The position numbers and the translations under genes are program-made. Positions 1 through 9,173 of a DNA stretch of 64,000 nt are shown here, in pieces (positions within the stretch are counted from its first letter, which is position 1; each line of letters opens with the position of its first letter). Source of the DNA: Bacteroidales bacterium (GTDB lineage: Bacteria > Bacteroidota > Bacteroidia > Bacteroidales > UBA932); the NCBI GenBank assembly GCA_017437125.1, contig JAFSBV010000024.1, positions 32,263-96,262 on the forward strand, given 5' to 3'. Below the pieces are notes generated by a model. The model was not told where the DNA came from, searched no databases, and saw nothing but the letters and a program-made list of their open reading frames with translations.

Positions 1-1
1 T

Positions 2-55
2 GAAGACCGTGAAAACTTCGAGGAAATGGTGAAAAAGATAGGTTCAAGACAGTAA
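2..55 (+). CDS. 3' end of an upstream gene running in from outside the window (...EDRENFEEMVKKIGSRQ*); possibly the PUL regulator
   Basis: Open frame from base 2 to TAA at 53-55, followed by a terminator-like hairpin. Only 17 residues are visible, so the product is a guess from position. Confidence 0.45.
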   Translation, partial: EDRENFEEMVKKIGSRQ

Positions 56-58
56 AAA

Positions 59-248
59 TCCACTTTTAATCCTGTTGAGTTCTGAAACTAAAATATTGAT
101 ACACAGTATTTTGGTTTCAGAACTTTTGTTTTTTCGTCCACTTTTAAAAACTATTCAGAGGAGATATCTCTGAATTCGTCCACTTTTTTATATTTAAAAG
201 ATAGGCTAATGTGTTGATGCTCAATGATATATATGTGAAAAATCCACT
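59..248 (+). promoter_or_regulatory. Four direct TCCACT boxes upstream of susC (candidate activator sites)
   Basis: TCCACT at 59, 137, 179 and 243; the middle two are TTCGTCCACTTTT and flank the palindrome ATTCAGAG-N7-CTCTGAAT (153-175). Confidence 0.45.
78..124 (+). terminator. Putative intrinsic terminator of the upstream gene
   Basis: 21-bp stem (AGTTCTGAAACTAAAATATTG / CAGTATTTTGGTTTCAGAACT, two G-U pairs), 5-nt loop, then TTTGTTTTTT. Confidence 0.65.
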
Positions 249-298
249 AATTTGACCCAACCTGCCGATGTGACGGAGGGATCAAGCATTTTTATTCT

Positions 299-306
299 TA
301 AATTTG
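299..306 (+). promoter_or_regulatory. Bacteroidetes -7 promoter box for PUL1
   Basis: TAAATTTG matches TAnnTTTG, about 55 bp upstream of the susC ATG. Confidence 0.55.
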
Positions 307-361
307 GTGACACGAACACAGAGATTCGTAAAACACATTATTAACACATAAACACTAACCC

Positions 362-3300
362 ATGAAACACCTAACTTATCGAATCGCCCTTATCTTTGCG
401 ATAATGGGCCTGAGCTGCGCCAATGCGTTTGCTCAGCAAGTGAAAGGTACAGTGAAGGATGTTTACGGAGAACCTGTCATCGGCGCAGCCGTGATGGTGG
501 ACGGAACATCCATTGGTACAACAGTCGATCTCGACGGTAGCTTCGTTTTCAATCAAGCTGTTCCGTCAGACGCTGTCCTCGTTGTTTCTTCAATCGGTTA
601 CAAGACTGCCCGCGTTCCGGCAAACGGCAATCTTAACATCGTTCTTGAAGAGGATACGACAATGCTCGAAGAGACTGTCGTGGTCGGTTACGGCGTACAG
701 AAGAAGAGCGTCGTGACAGCAGCGATTTCATCAATCACTTCAGACGATCTGAAGAAGACCGCGGCTACACGCGTGGATAACCTTCTTCAGGGTATGACTT
801 CCGGAGTGACAGTGACATCAACTTCAGGTGCTCCTGATTCAGGTTCGCAGATCCGTATCCGCGGTATCGGTACCATCAATGATTCAAATCCTATGTATAT
901 CGTGGACGGTATGCCTGTAGGCGGTATCGATTACCTCAACCCTAACGACATCGAGCGTATAGAGGTACTCAAGGATGCGGCTTCAGGTGCGGTTTATGGT
1001 GCTCGTGCTGCAAACGGTGTGATCCTCGTGACCACCCGTCAGGGCTCAAAGGGCAAGACTACCGTCAACTATGACTTCTCATACGGATGGCAGAACCCTT
1101 GGAGAAAACCTCAGGTTCTTGATGCTACCGAGTATGCCATCATGATGAACGAAGGTTATGTTAACAACGGCCAGGCTCCGATCTATGCAGATCCATATTC
1201 ATTCGGAAAGGGAACTGACTGGGTGAGCGCGATCTTCAACAACAATGCTCCTGTCGAGAAGCATGACGTGAACATCAGCGGCGGTAATGACCGTGTACAG
1301 TATTCTACATCAGCCGGTTTCCTCTCTCGTGAGGGTACTATCGGAGGTAACTTCGGCCGTGCGAACTATGACCGTTTCACTCTCCGTCAGGCACTCAATG
1401 CAGTTCTCTTCGACAACTCTGAGGACCGCGACTGGCTCAACAAGATGACAATGCAGTCAAGCGTTTCTTACGCGCATATCAATTCTACTGGTATCTCTAC
1501 AAACTCTGAGTACGGTTCACCACTCGGTTCTGCAATCGGAATGTCTCCACTCGAGCCTATCTTCGCTGATGCAGCTACAGAGGAAAGCTACAGGACTCTT
1601 TATCCGCTCGGTTTCGACTACATCATCCGTGATGCAAGCGGCCGTCCTTATACAATCGTTGACGGTACCATCTATAACGAGCAGAATAACCCTCTCGCAA
1701 TGCTTGAGCAGCCAGGTGAAAAGTACTGGACTGACAAGTTCGTTGCCAACGGAAACATCGAGCTCCAGATCTGGGACGGCCTCAAGTTCCGTACTCAGGT
1801 AGGTGTGGATATGGCATTCTGGGGAAGCCACGGCCACAGCGAGCCTTATTTCCTTTCTACAAAGAACTACAGCTATGAGACTACTTCCGACACCATCACT
1901 TATGACAAGGACGGTAATGAGGTGATCACTTCAAAGACAAACTATGCTACAAGCGCATGGCAGTCTATGAACCGTTCGCTCTCATGGCAGGTCGAGAACA
2001 TCCTTTCTTACAACAAGACATTCGGTGAGCACTCGGTTTCTGCAATCCTCGGTCAGTCGGCTCTCTCATCATCATCATCAAATGTAGGTGCGTCTGCAAA
2101 CGGTCTCATGTATCCGTATGACCCTTACAAGATCTCGGTAAACAACACTGTAGGTCAGACAATCAACGGTGACCGTAACGGCTGGGGCTCATGGAACTCC
2201 ATCCCTTACAGACTCGCTTCATACTTCGGCCGAGTTTCTTACAACTACGCTGAGCGCTATATGGCTGAGGTTACAGTTCGTCGTGATGCATCAAGCCGCT
2301 TCGGTGACAATAACAAGTGGGGTACATTCCCTTCATTCTCACTCGGTTGGAACATCAAGAACGAGGCATTCATGAAGGATGTCGCTGCAGTTTCAGGATT
2401 GAAGCTCCGCGCATCATGGGGTGTGAACGGTAACGACTCAATCGGTAACTTCACATATGCCGTTTACATGAACTCAGGAAACAACTACGTGTTCGGTTCA
2501 GGTGCAAACGGTTCTGAGGTCATCAACATCGGTGCAAAGCCTTCAGGACTTGCAAACCCTAACGTGAAGTGGGAGGAATCAAGACAGACCAACATCGGTC
2601 TCGATGCAGCATTCTTCAACAGCCGCCTCACAGCTACATTCGACTGGTATCGCAAGAACACAGCCGGTATGCTTCTTTCAATGCCTGTTCCTGGCTACTC
2701 GGGAGACTCATCTCCTACAGGTAACCTCGGTGACATGGTGAACAGCGGTGTTGAGCTTGAGGTCGGATACCGTGATACTTACGGTGACTTCAACTGGCAT
2801 ATCTCAGCAAACGCTACCTATAATAAGAACTCCCTCACATATCTCGGTGACGACGCTACCGACCTCTATGGTTCAAGCCACAAGATCGGACAGCTTACTC
2901 GCGGTGAGATCGGTCTTCCTTTCCCATTCTTCTATGGTTACAAGACTGACGGCGTATTCCAGAACGCAGCTGAGGTTGCAGCTTATACAAATGCTGAAGG
3001 CAACATGATCCAGCCTAACGCAACTCCGGGTGACTTCCGTTTCCAGGATGTGAACGGTGACGGCCAGATTACAGATGCAGACCGTACATACATCGGAAAG
3101 GGTATTCCTGACTGGACATTCGGTCTCAATATCGGTTTCGACTGGAAGGGCATCGATTTCAGCATGCTCCTTCAGGGACAGCTTGGTGCTCAGGCATTCA
3201 ACGTGACCCGTCGTACAGACCTTTATTATATCAACCTTCCTAAGACTATCCTCAACCGTTGGACAGGTGAGGGCTCTACAAACTCAGCTCCTAAGTTCGA

Positions 3301-3598
3301 GTTCACATCAGCAAACGAGAACTACCGTGTGTCTGACTACTGGGTAGAGGATGCATCATTCCTCCGCGCACGTAACGTACAGCTCGGTTACACTCTTCCA
3401 CAGAGCCTTACAAAGAAGATCTTCGTTCAGCGTCTCAGAGTCTATGCTCAGGCTGAGAACCTCTTCACTCTCACAAGATACACAGGTTGTGACCCTGAAG
3501 TTACCGGTGGTAACGGATTCGGAACAGAGCTCGGTATCGACCGCGGTGTATATCCGCAGAACCGTACCTTCTCTGTCGGTGTAAATCTTACTTTCTAA
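362..3598 (+). CDS. susC: SusC/RagA family TonB-dependent transporter (1078 aa)
   Basis: Signal peptide ending AFA-QQ, N-terminal carboxypeptidase-regulatory-like domain, plug motifs IRIRGIGT and IEVLKDAASGAVYGARAANGVILVTT, C-terminal YPQNRTFSVGVNLTF. Confidence 0.97.
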   Translation: MKHLTYRIALIFAIMGLSCANAFAQQVKGTVKDVYGEPVIGAAVMVDGTSIGTTVDLDGSFVFNQAVPSDAVLVVSSIGYKTARVPANGNLNIVLEEDTTMLEETVVVGYGVQKKSVVTAAISSITSDDLKKTAATRVDNLLQGMTSGVTVTSTSGAPDSGSQIRIRGIGTINDSNPMYIVDGMPVGGIDYLNPNDIERIEVLKDAASGAVYGARAANGVILVTTRQGSKGKTTVNYDFSYGWQNPWRKPQVLDATEYAIMMNEGYVNNGQAPIYADPYSFGKGTDWVSAIFNNNAPVEKHDVNISGGNDRVQYSTSAGFLSREGTIGGNFGRANYDRFTLRQALNAVLFDNSEDRDWLNKMTMQSSVSYAHINSTGISTNSEYGSPLGSAIGMSPLEPIFADAATEESYRTLYPLGFDYIIRDASGRPYTIVDGTIYNEQNNPLAMLEQPGEKYWTDKFVANGNIELQIWDGLKFRTQVGVDMAFWGSHGHSEPYFLSTKNYSYETTSDTITYDKDGNEVITSKTNYATSAWQSMNRSLSWQVENILSYNKTFGEHSVSAILGQSALSSSSSNVGASANGLMYPYDPYKISVNNTVGQTINGDRNGWGSWNSIPYRLASYFGRVSYNYAERYMAEVTVRRDASSRFGDNNKWGTFPSFSLGWNIKNEAFMKDVAAVSGLKLRASWGVNGNDSIGNFTYAVYMNSGNNYVFGSGANGSEVINIGAKPSGLANPNVKWEESRQTNIGLDAAFFNSRLTATFDWYRKNTAGMLLSMPVPGYSGDSSPTGNLGDMVNSGVELEVGYRDTYGDFNWHISANATYNKNSLTYLGDDATDLYGSSHKIGQLTRGEIGLPFPFFYGYKTDGVFQNAAEVAAYTNAEGNMIQPNATPGDFRFQDVNGDGQITDADRTYIGKGIPDWTFGLNIGFDWKGIDFSMLLQGQLGAQAFNVTRRTDLYYINLPKTILNRWTGEGSTNSAPKFEFTSANENYRVSDYWVEDASFLRARNVQLGYTLPQSLTKKIFVQRLRVYAQAENLFTLTRYTGCDPEVTGGNGFGTELGIDRGVYPQNRTFSVGVNLTF

Positions 3599-3615
3599 TC
3601 TAACAGGATGATATT

Positions 3616-5127
3616 ATGAAAAAGATAATAATTGCAATAAGCGCATTGGCTGTCCTTCTGATGTCTTCTTGTACAAAGGAGTTCGTCACCGTGAAGCACA
3701 ATTCATCGGAGCCACAGTCAGAGTACTATATCAATGAGTCGCGTATGTTCGAAGGCCTTGTTGCCGCATACGACCCACTCAAGTGGTATGACTATTTCTA
3801 TCAATATACAGACTTCCAGATGATGGCCGACATCATGGCGGACGACATCTACTGCGGAGGCTCGAATGACGGTGACCAGCCAAGCCTGGTGAAGATCCAT
3901 TATTACACATCTACTCCTACCGAAATCGTGGATGTACCTTGGACTGTTTCATATTCAGGTATCAACCGCTGCTGCCACGTTCTTGAGAACGTTGACAACG
4001 TACCGGGTATGGCTGAGGCTACAAAGACTCTCTACAAGGCAGAGGCTACTGTACTCAAGGCTTTCTATTACACCATTCTCTGGAAATTCTGGGGTAATGT
4101 ACCTTATTATGACACAAACCTTGAGGCTCCTTATACAACTCCGCAGCTCTCGGCTGACGAGGTTTATGAGAATATCGTTACAAAGCTCGAAGAGGCTATC
4201 GCAATGGATGTCCTTCCTATGAAGCAGACTCCTGAGAACTACGGACGCATTACAAAGGCTATGGCTTATATGCTCTATGCCGAGGTCGTTATGTATCAGA
4301 AGGATTCAGGCCGTTATCCACAGGCTCTTTCTTACATGAAGGAGATCATCAGCTCAGGCCAGTATTCTCTCGTGGCAGACTATGCAGGAATCTGGGCAGA
4401 GACAGGCGAGTGGGGCAACGAGTCTATCTGGGAGATCAACTATATCTCTGAAGGCGGAGTACGTGACTGGGGTGCACCTATCGCAACAGGCGGTAACGTT
4501 TACTCTACTCTCATCGGTATCCCTGGCGGCGTAAGCGGTCAGTTCGATGACGGTTGGGGATTCAGCCCTGTAGCTGCAAAGGCTTATGAGATGTATGAAG
4601 AGGGTGACACACGCAGGGACGGCGGTATCTATAACCACCTTGCTGTAGCAGGCGAGTATGGTAACGGTATCAACGGCGGACGTTGGCAGTCAACAGGTTA
4701 CTTCCTCCTCAAGTACATGGCAAGAACAAACGGAAACCATGGCTTCAAGGCTGCAAACACCATGAACTATGGCAACAACAAGCGAATTTACCGCTTCGCC
4801 GAGACTCTCCTCAACGCAGCTGAGCTTGCAGCTCTTACAGGAGGAAACGGCAGCGAGTATCTTGCTCAGGTACGTGCTATCAGAAACTGCTCTGACACAG
4901 ACACTTCTATCGATGGTATCATCGAAGAGCGTCACAAGGAATTCGTGGGCGAAGGAAAGCGCTACTGGGATCTCGTACGTACAGGCAAGGCGGCATCTGT
5001 GCTGACAAAGGCAAACCGTCAGTTCGACGGCAGCCAGCCTGTGGACTGGACAGAGAACAAGAAGTACTGGCCTATCCCGCAGTCAGAGTGTGACAAGGAT
5101 CCTAACATTGTACAGAACAACTACTAA
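3616..5127 (+). CDS. susD: SusD/RagB family glycan-binding lipoprotein (503 aa)
   Basis: Lipobox LMSSC; directly after susC; YRFAETLLNAAE, ERHKEFVGEGKRYWDLVRTG and terminal WPIPQSE...QNNY motifs. Confidence 0.95.
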   Translation: MKKIIIAISALAVLLMSSCTKEFVTVKHNSSEPQSEYYINESRMFEGLVAAYDPLKWYDYFYQYTDFQMMADIMADDIYCGGSNDGDQPSLVKIHYYTSTPTEIVDVPWTVSYSGINRCCHVLENVDNVPGMAEATKTLYKAEATVLKAFYYTILWKFWGNVPYYDTNLEAPYTTPQLSADEVYENIVTKLEEAIAMDVLPMKQTPENYGRITKAMAYMLYAEVVMYQKDSGRYPQALSYMKEIISSGQYSLVADYAGIWAETGEWGNESIWEINYISEGGVRDWGAPIATGGNVYSTLIGIPGGVSGQFDDGWGFSPVAAKAYEMYEEGDTRRDGGIYNHLAVAGEYGNGINGGRWQSTGYFLLKYMARTNGNHGFKAANTMNYGNNKRIYRFAETLLNAAELAALTGGNGSEYLAQVRAIRNCSDTDTSIDGIIEERHKEFVGEGKRYWDLVRTGKAASVLTKANRQFDGSQPVDWTENKKYWPIPQSECDKDPNIVQNNY

Positions 5128-5139
5128 ATCCGGATCATC

Positions 5140-7635
5140 ATGAAAAAGTTATTTAAATATATTGCAGTTCTGGCGGCATCTGTGCTGGCTTTCGGATGTT
5201 ATCCTGAAGTCCTGACTCCGGACCAGGGCAAGCTGCCATCGGCGTCTGACTTCGACGTAGAGATCGTTGTCGATCAGACTACCAACTATGTGACATTCAC
5301 AATGAAGAACCAGGGCGTGGTGCCTATGTGGATCTTCGGTGATCAGAAGATCGACAAGTCTGCAAACACAAGGTATGCATATACGGCAAACGGCGTCAGC
5401 CTCCGTTTCAGGGATGCCGGAACTCACGAGGTGGAAGTGAAGGCATATAATGCTCACGGTATCTCACAGGGTTCGCAGATCTATACTTTCAACATTGAGA
5501 ACACATATCGTGATCCTTTCGATCCTAATCCTTACATGAAGGCTGTTGCAGGCGAGTGGATGTGGAATTCAGAGGTTGCAGGTCACTTCGGATGTGGTGA
5601 GCCTGGTACTGACGGAACCAACTGGTGGTCTTGCGGTGCTAACGAGAAGGCTGACTGGAGTCTTTATGACGACCTCATGACATTCACTGCCGAGGGCGAA
5701 TATACATATGACCCAGGTGACGGTCAGGTATATGTGAACAAGGATTCAGGCTTCAAGAACGAGTACAATACAAACGACGGTAACGACTACCTCGCTCCTA
5801 TCGAAGCCTATACCACTACCTATACCATCGAGAACGACTGGAATGCAGCCGGTATCGAGGATATCTATCTCGTTCTCCCTGCAGGTTCTAACCTTTCATA
5901 TATTCCTAACCCAGAGGCTCTTACAAATCCAAGGTGGCGTTTCCTCGAGACAAAGACTTCTGCTATCAAGAAGAAGATGTCTCTCGTGATCGACAACGGC
6001 GGAATCTCATGGAAGTATGAGTTCATCCCTGCTGTCAAGGTAGCTACTCCTGAGGAACTCCTCGCTGGAACAACTGCCGAGGGTAAGGTATGGGTTATGG
6101 ATCCTGAAGCTGTCGGACATCTCGGATGCGGTGAGTCTGTCGAGAATCCAGGCGGATGGTGGTCAGCTCAGCCATTCGACAAGAAGGATTTCGGTATGTA
6201 TGATGACGAGATCACATTCTATCCTGACGGCAAGTATTCATACAGCTCAGGTGCTGACGGCAAGATGTATATCAACTGGGGTGTGACTGCTATCGGTCCT
6301 AATCCTGGCGCAGAGCCTGACATCGACATCGAGTGGCCTTTCACTGAGTCAACATATGTATTCGACGGTGAAACCATCACTCTCGCAGCTAATACTCCAA
6401 TGGTATATGTACCATCTGACCATGTATGGAACAATCCAGTATTCCATGTCGCTGAGATTACCGAGACTACCCTCAGAGTGGTTGCCGACAATCCTGGCTG
6501 CTACTGGCAGATGATATTCAAGGCACGTGACGTCAAGGGTCCAGCTGGTCCGACAATCAAAGGAACAGAGCTTCCTGCAGAGCTTTCTGTTAGCCAGGGC
6601 GACCTTCTTGAAGTAGGAAACCTCAATCTTGCAGAAACATGGGTTGACCCTGACTTCTTCGAGGTATCAGGTACTGCTCTCAAGTTCAAGGCTGTTGCCG
6701 GTGACTATCAGTTCTCATATGACAAGAATTCCAACTGGATCAAGGCTGTTCCTATGGTTGACGGCGCAAGAGCTACATACGAGAACGGCAAGGCTCTCTG
6801 GATCATCGGTGACGGTGGCGGAAAGCCTACTGATGCCAACGTTGTCGGATGGAATACCGGAGAGGCGCCTCTTCCAATGGCACAGATCGGTGAGAACACT
6901 TACCAGATCACTCTCGCTATGAAGGGAGACGGTTCTGTGAAGATCTTCGGTCAGTCAGACTGGGGTATCGAGTGGACAAGCGACAAGTACAGCTCATTCA
7001 ACGGCAACGGCTTCTTCAAGCTCGGTGACGGTGTTGACGGCGACAACGGTAACATCTATCATGACGGTTCACCTGCCGGATACTATGTATTCACAGTTGT
7101 TGACAATGGTGGTATTTTCGATATGACTGTCGATAAGAAGAAGGAGACAATATTTGATCCTGCTGATGCAGCTCACAACATGTGGCTCTCAATGAACCTT
7201 CTTTCAATGTCATATTACTATGCTCCAGGTTGGGCTCAGATCGCTGACCCTACAGTTGAAGCTGACGGCAACAATTACGTGATCTCTCTCCCTGAGGCTA
7301 CTACAGACCAGTGGCAGGCACAGGTTGCATTCCATACAGACATGACTTCAAGCGCAGACAAGACATATGACTTCTGCTGCAAGCTCGTGTCAAATCAGGA
7401 TCATCCTGGCGTTACCATCAAGCTCGTACTTTCAGGCGGTGGAGACAATGACAATATATTCTACTTCGCAGACCGTCACAAGCTGACTGCGGACACTGAG
7501 TATGTCTATAAGATGGCGGACATGCCAGGTATCGATATGGACAAGATCAGCTTGTTCTTCGATTTCGGTGGCTGTGCTGCAGGTACTGAGGTTACTCTCA
7601 GCGACGTTCTCTTCCAGGAGCATCGCGCTGAATAA
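5140..7635 (+). CDS. Multi-domain surface glycan-binding lipoprotein (SGBP-B-like, 831 aa) with C-terminal CBM4-like beta-sandwich
   Basis: Lipobox LAFGC; position after susD; two internal copies of GH(F/L)GCGE...WWS...YDD..TF; Trp-rich; C-terminal QWQAQV...FDFGG module. Confidence 0.75.
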   Translation: MKKLFKYIAVLAASVLAFGCYPEVLTPDQGKLPSASDFDVEIVVDQTTNYVTFTMKNQGVVPMWIFGDQKIDKSANTRYAYTANGVSLRFRDAGTHEVEVKAYNAHGISQGSQIYTFNIENTYRDPFDPNPYMKAVAGEWMWNSEVAGHFGCGEPGTDGTNWWSCGANEKADWSLYDDLMTFTAEGEYTYDPGDGQVYVNKDSGFKNEYNTNDGNDYLAPIEAYTTTYTIENDWNAAGIEDIYLVLPAGSNLSYIPNPEALTNPRWRFLETKTSAIKKKMSLVIDNGGISWKYEFIPAVKVATPEELLAGTTAEGKVWVMDPEAVGHLGCGESVENPGGWWSAQPFDKKDFGMYDDEITFYPDGKYSYSSGADGKMYINWGVTAIGPNPGAEPDIDIEWPFTESTYVFDGETITLAANTPMVYVPSDHVWNNPVFHVAEITETTLRVVADNPGCYWQMIFKARDVKGPAGPTIKGTELPAELSVSQGDLLEVGNLNLAETWVDPDFFEVSGTALKFKAVAGDYQFSYDKNSNWIKAVPMVDGARATYENGKALWIIGDGGGKPTDANVVGWNTGEAPLPMAQIGENTYQITLAMKGDGSVKIFGQSDWGIEWTSDKYSSFNGNGFFKLGDGVDGDNGNIYHDGSPAGYYVFTVVDNGGIFDMTVDKKKETIFDPADAAHNMWLSMNLLSMSYYYAPGWAQIADPTVEADGNNYVISLPEATTDQWQAQVAFHTDMTSSADKTYDFCCKLVSNQDHPGVTIKLVLSGGGDNDNIFYFADRHKLTADTEYVYKMADMPGIDMDKISLFFDFGGCAAGTEVTLSDVLFQEHRAE

Positions 7636-7645
7636 TTATCAAATC

Positions 7646-7684
7646 AGGCAGGGGTACAGGCCCAAGGCTTACCCCTGCCTTTTT
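7646..7684 (+). terminator. Intra-operon hairpin / terminator between transport genes and enzymes
   Basis: AGGCAGGGGTA-N13-TACCCCTGCCT followed by TTTT. Confidence 0.7.
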
Positions 7685-7696
7685 AATATCATATAT

Positions 7697-9157
7697 ATGA
7701 ATTTCAAGACTTTATCTATACTTGCAGTGTCTGCTTTTGTATGTGCGTTATGTGCGTGCGAGCATCCTGCGGACAATGGTGATGATCCTGTAAAGGCCGG
7801 AAATGTTACTGTCTCACCGACAGATATAAAGGTAGCCAGTGATGCTGTGGAAGTAAGGCTCGATGTCACATCTGACTGTGACTGGGGCATTTCTGCCGAT
7901 GACAACACATGGGTGTCCGTATCGCCGAGCGGAGGAATTTCAGGGCAGACATCCGTTAAGGTGAAGATTGCGGAGAATGCCACAGGAGAAGTCCGTGAAA
8001 CAGCTCTTACAGTCAGATATGGCACATCAAAACTTTCTGTTCCTGTAAGACAGAACTATGATGTCGTTTCCGTTGAGGTTTCCGATGCGGCGTTCATGTC
8101 ATACCTCATAGGTGCATATGATGTGGATGAGGATGGAGTCTTGAGTACGAAAGAGGCTGCAGCGGTAACGGAGATCAAGGCTTCCGGCTGCGGCATAAAG
8201 GCAATGCCTGAACTGAACACGCTTTTCAAGAACATAACTTATCTGGACTGTTCGGATAATGAACTGACAGAGCTGGATATATCTCAACTTTTAGGGCTTA
8301 AGACAATGAATGCGACAGGTAATCCTCTGACTGTCATTTATGTGTGGTCTGGTTTTACAGAACCTGACGGATTCAGCAAGCCTGCTTCGGCTTCTTATGT
8401 GGAGCCGGAAATCAATACTCCTGCAGGATACCGGCTGGTATGGCAGGAAGAGTTCAATGAATCGGCTACAGGTCTCCCTGATACTAAGAAATGGTGGTAT
8501 GAGACGGCAGAGCCTGGCTGGGTGAACAATGAACTTCAGACATATATCGCAGGTCGCAAGGGCGATATCGTCACTGCTGACGTGAGTGACGGAAGCCTCA
8601 AGATCCGCGCAATCAAGGACGGCAACAGAGTCTATTCTGCCCGTGTCAACACAAACGAAAGCTGGACATACGGATGGTTCGAGGCACGCCTGAAGCTTCC
8701 GAAGGGAAAAGGAACATGGCCTGCGTTCTGGATGATGCCTGCCACATGGTCGGGATGGCCTGACGGTGGAGAGATCGACATCATGGAACATGTGGGATGT
8801 GTACCTACCGAGGTGTCCTCTTCAATCCATTGCAAGGCATATTATCATGCCATAAACACACAGAAGACAGCAGCAAGGAAGATCGCATCGGTCATGGACG
8901 AATTCCATGTATATGCATTGGAGTGGACTCCGGAATACATCAGGACCTATGTTGACGGTGAATTGCTGTTCCATTACAATCCTGATGATTACCCGAAAGG
9001 AAGAAATGCCGACACTTGGCCGTTCAACAAGCCTTTCCAGCTTAAGCTGAACCTCGCATGGGGCGGTGACTGGGGAGGAATGTACGGCGTGGATGAAAGC
9101 TGTCTTCCTGCAACATACGAAATAGATTACGTACGCGTATTCCAGATTCCTGAATAA
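7697..9157 (+). CDS. GH16 endo-beta-1,3-glucanase (laminarinase-like) lipoprotein with BACON and short LRR region (486 aa)
   Basis: Start moved from 7502 to ATG 7697 (MNFKTLSIL..., lipoprotein-type signal with Cys). Catalytic motif GEIDIMEHVG and WPAFWMMP; N-terminal BACON (W..VSPSGG....V.V....N.T...R). Confidence 0.92.
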   Translation: MNFKTLSILAVSAFVCALCACEHPADNGDDPVKAGNVTVSPTDIKVASDAVEVRLDVTSDCDWGISADDNTWVSVSPSGGISGQTSVKVKIAENATGEVRETALTVRYGTSKLSVPVRQNYDVVSVEVSDAAFMSYLIGAYDVDEDGVLSTKEAAAVTEIKASGCGIKAMPELNTLFKNITYLDCSDNELTELDISQLLGLKTMNATGNPLTVIYVWSGFTEPDGFSKPASASYVEPEINTPAGYRLVWQEEFNESATGLPDTKKWWYETAEPGWVNNELQTYIAGRKGDIVTADVSDGSLKIRAIKDGNRVYSARVNTNESWTYGWFEARLKLPKGKGTWPAFWMMPATWSGWPDGGEIDIMEHVGCVPTEVSSSIHCKAYYHAINTQKTAARKIASVMDEFHVYALEWTPEYIRTYVDGELLFHYNPDDYPKGRNADTWPFNKPFQLKLNLAWGGDWGGMYGVDESCLPATYEIDYVRVFQIPE

Positions 9158-9173
9158 ATTGTAATATTGCGAT

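Noticed and set aside
7502-7696. ORF-track N-terminal extensions (also 18909, 24641, 30352, 34166, 40319, 48517, 52431, 52588, 55539)
   Set aside because: They overlap upstream genes, terminators or promoter boxes; downstream ATGs give proper signal peptides or domain starts.
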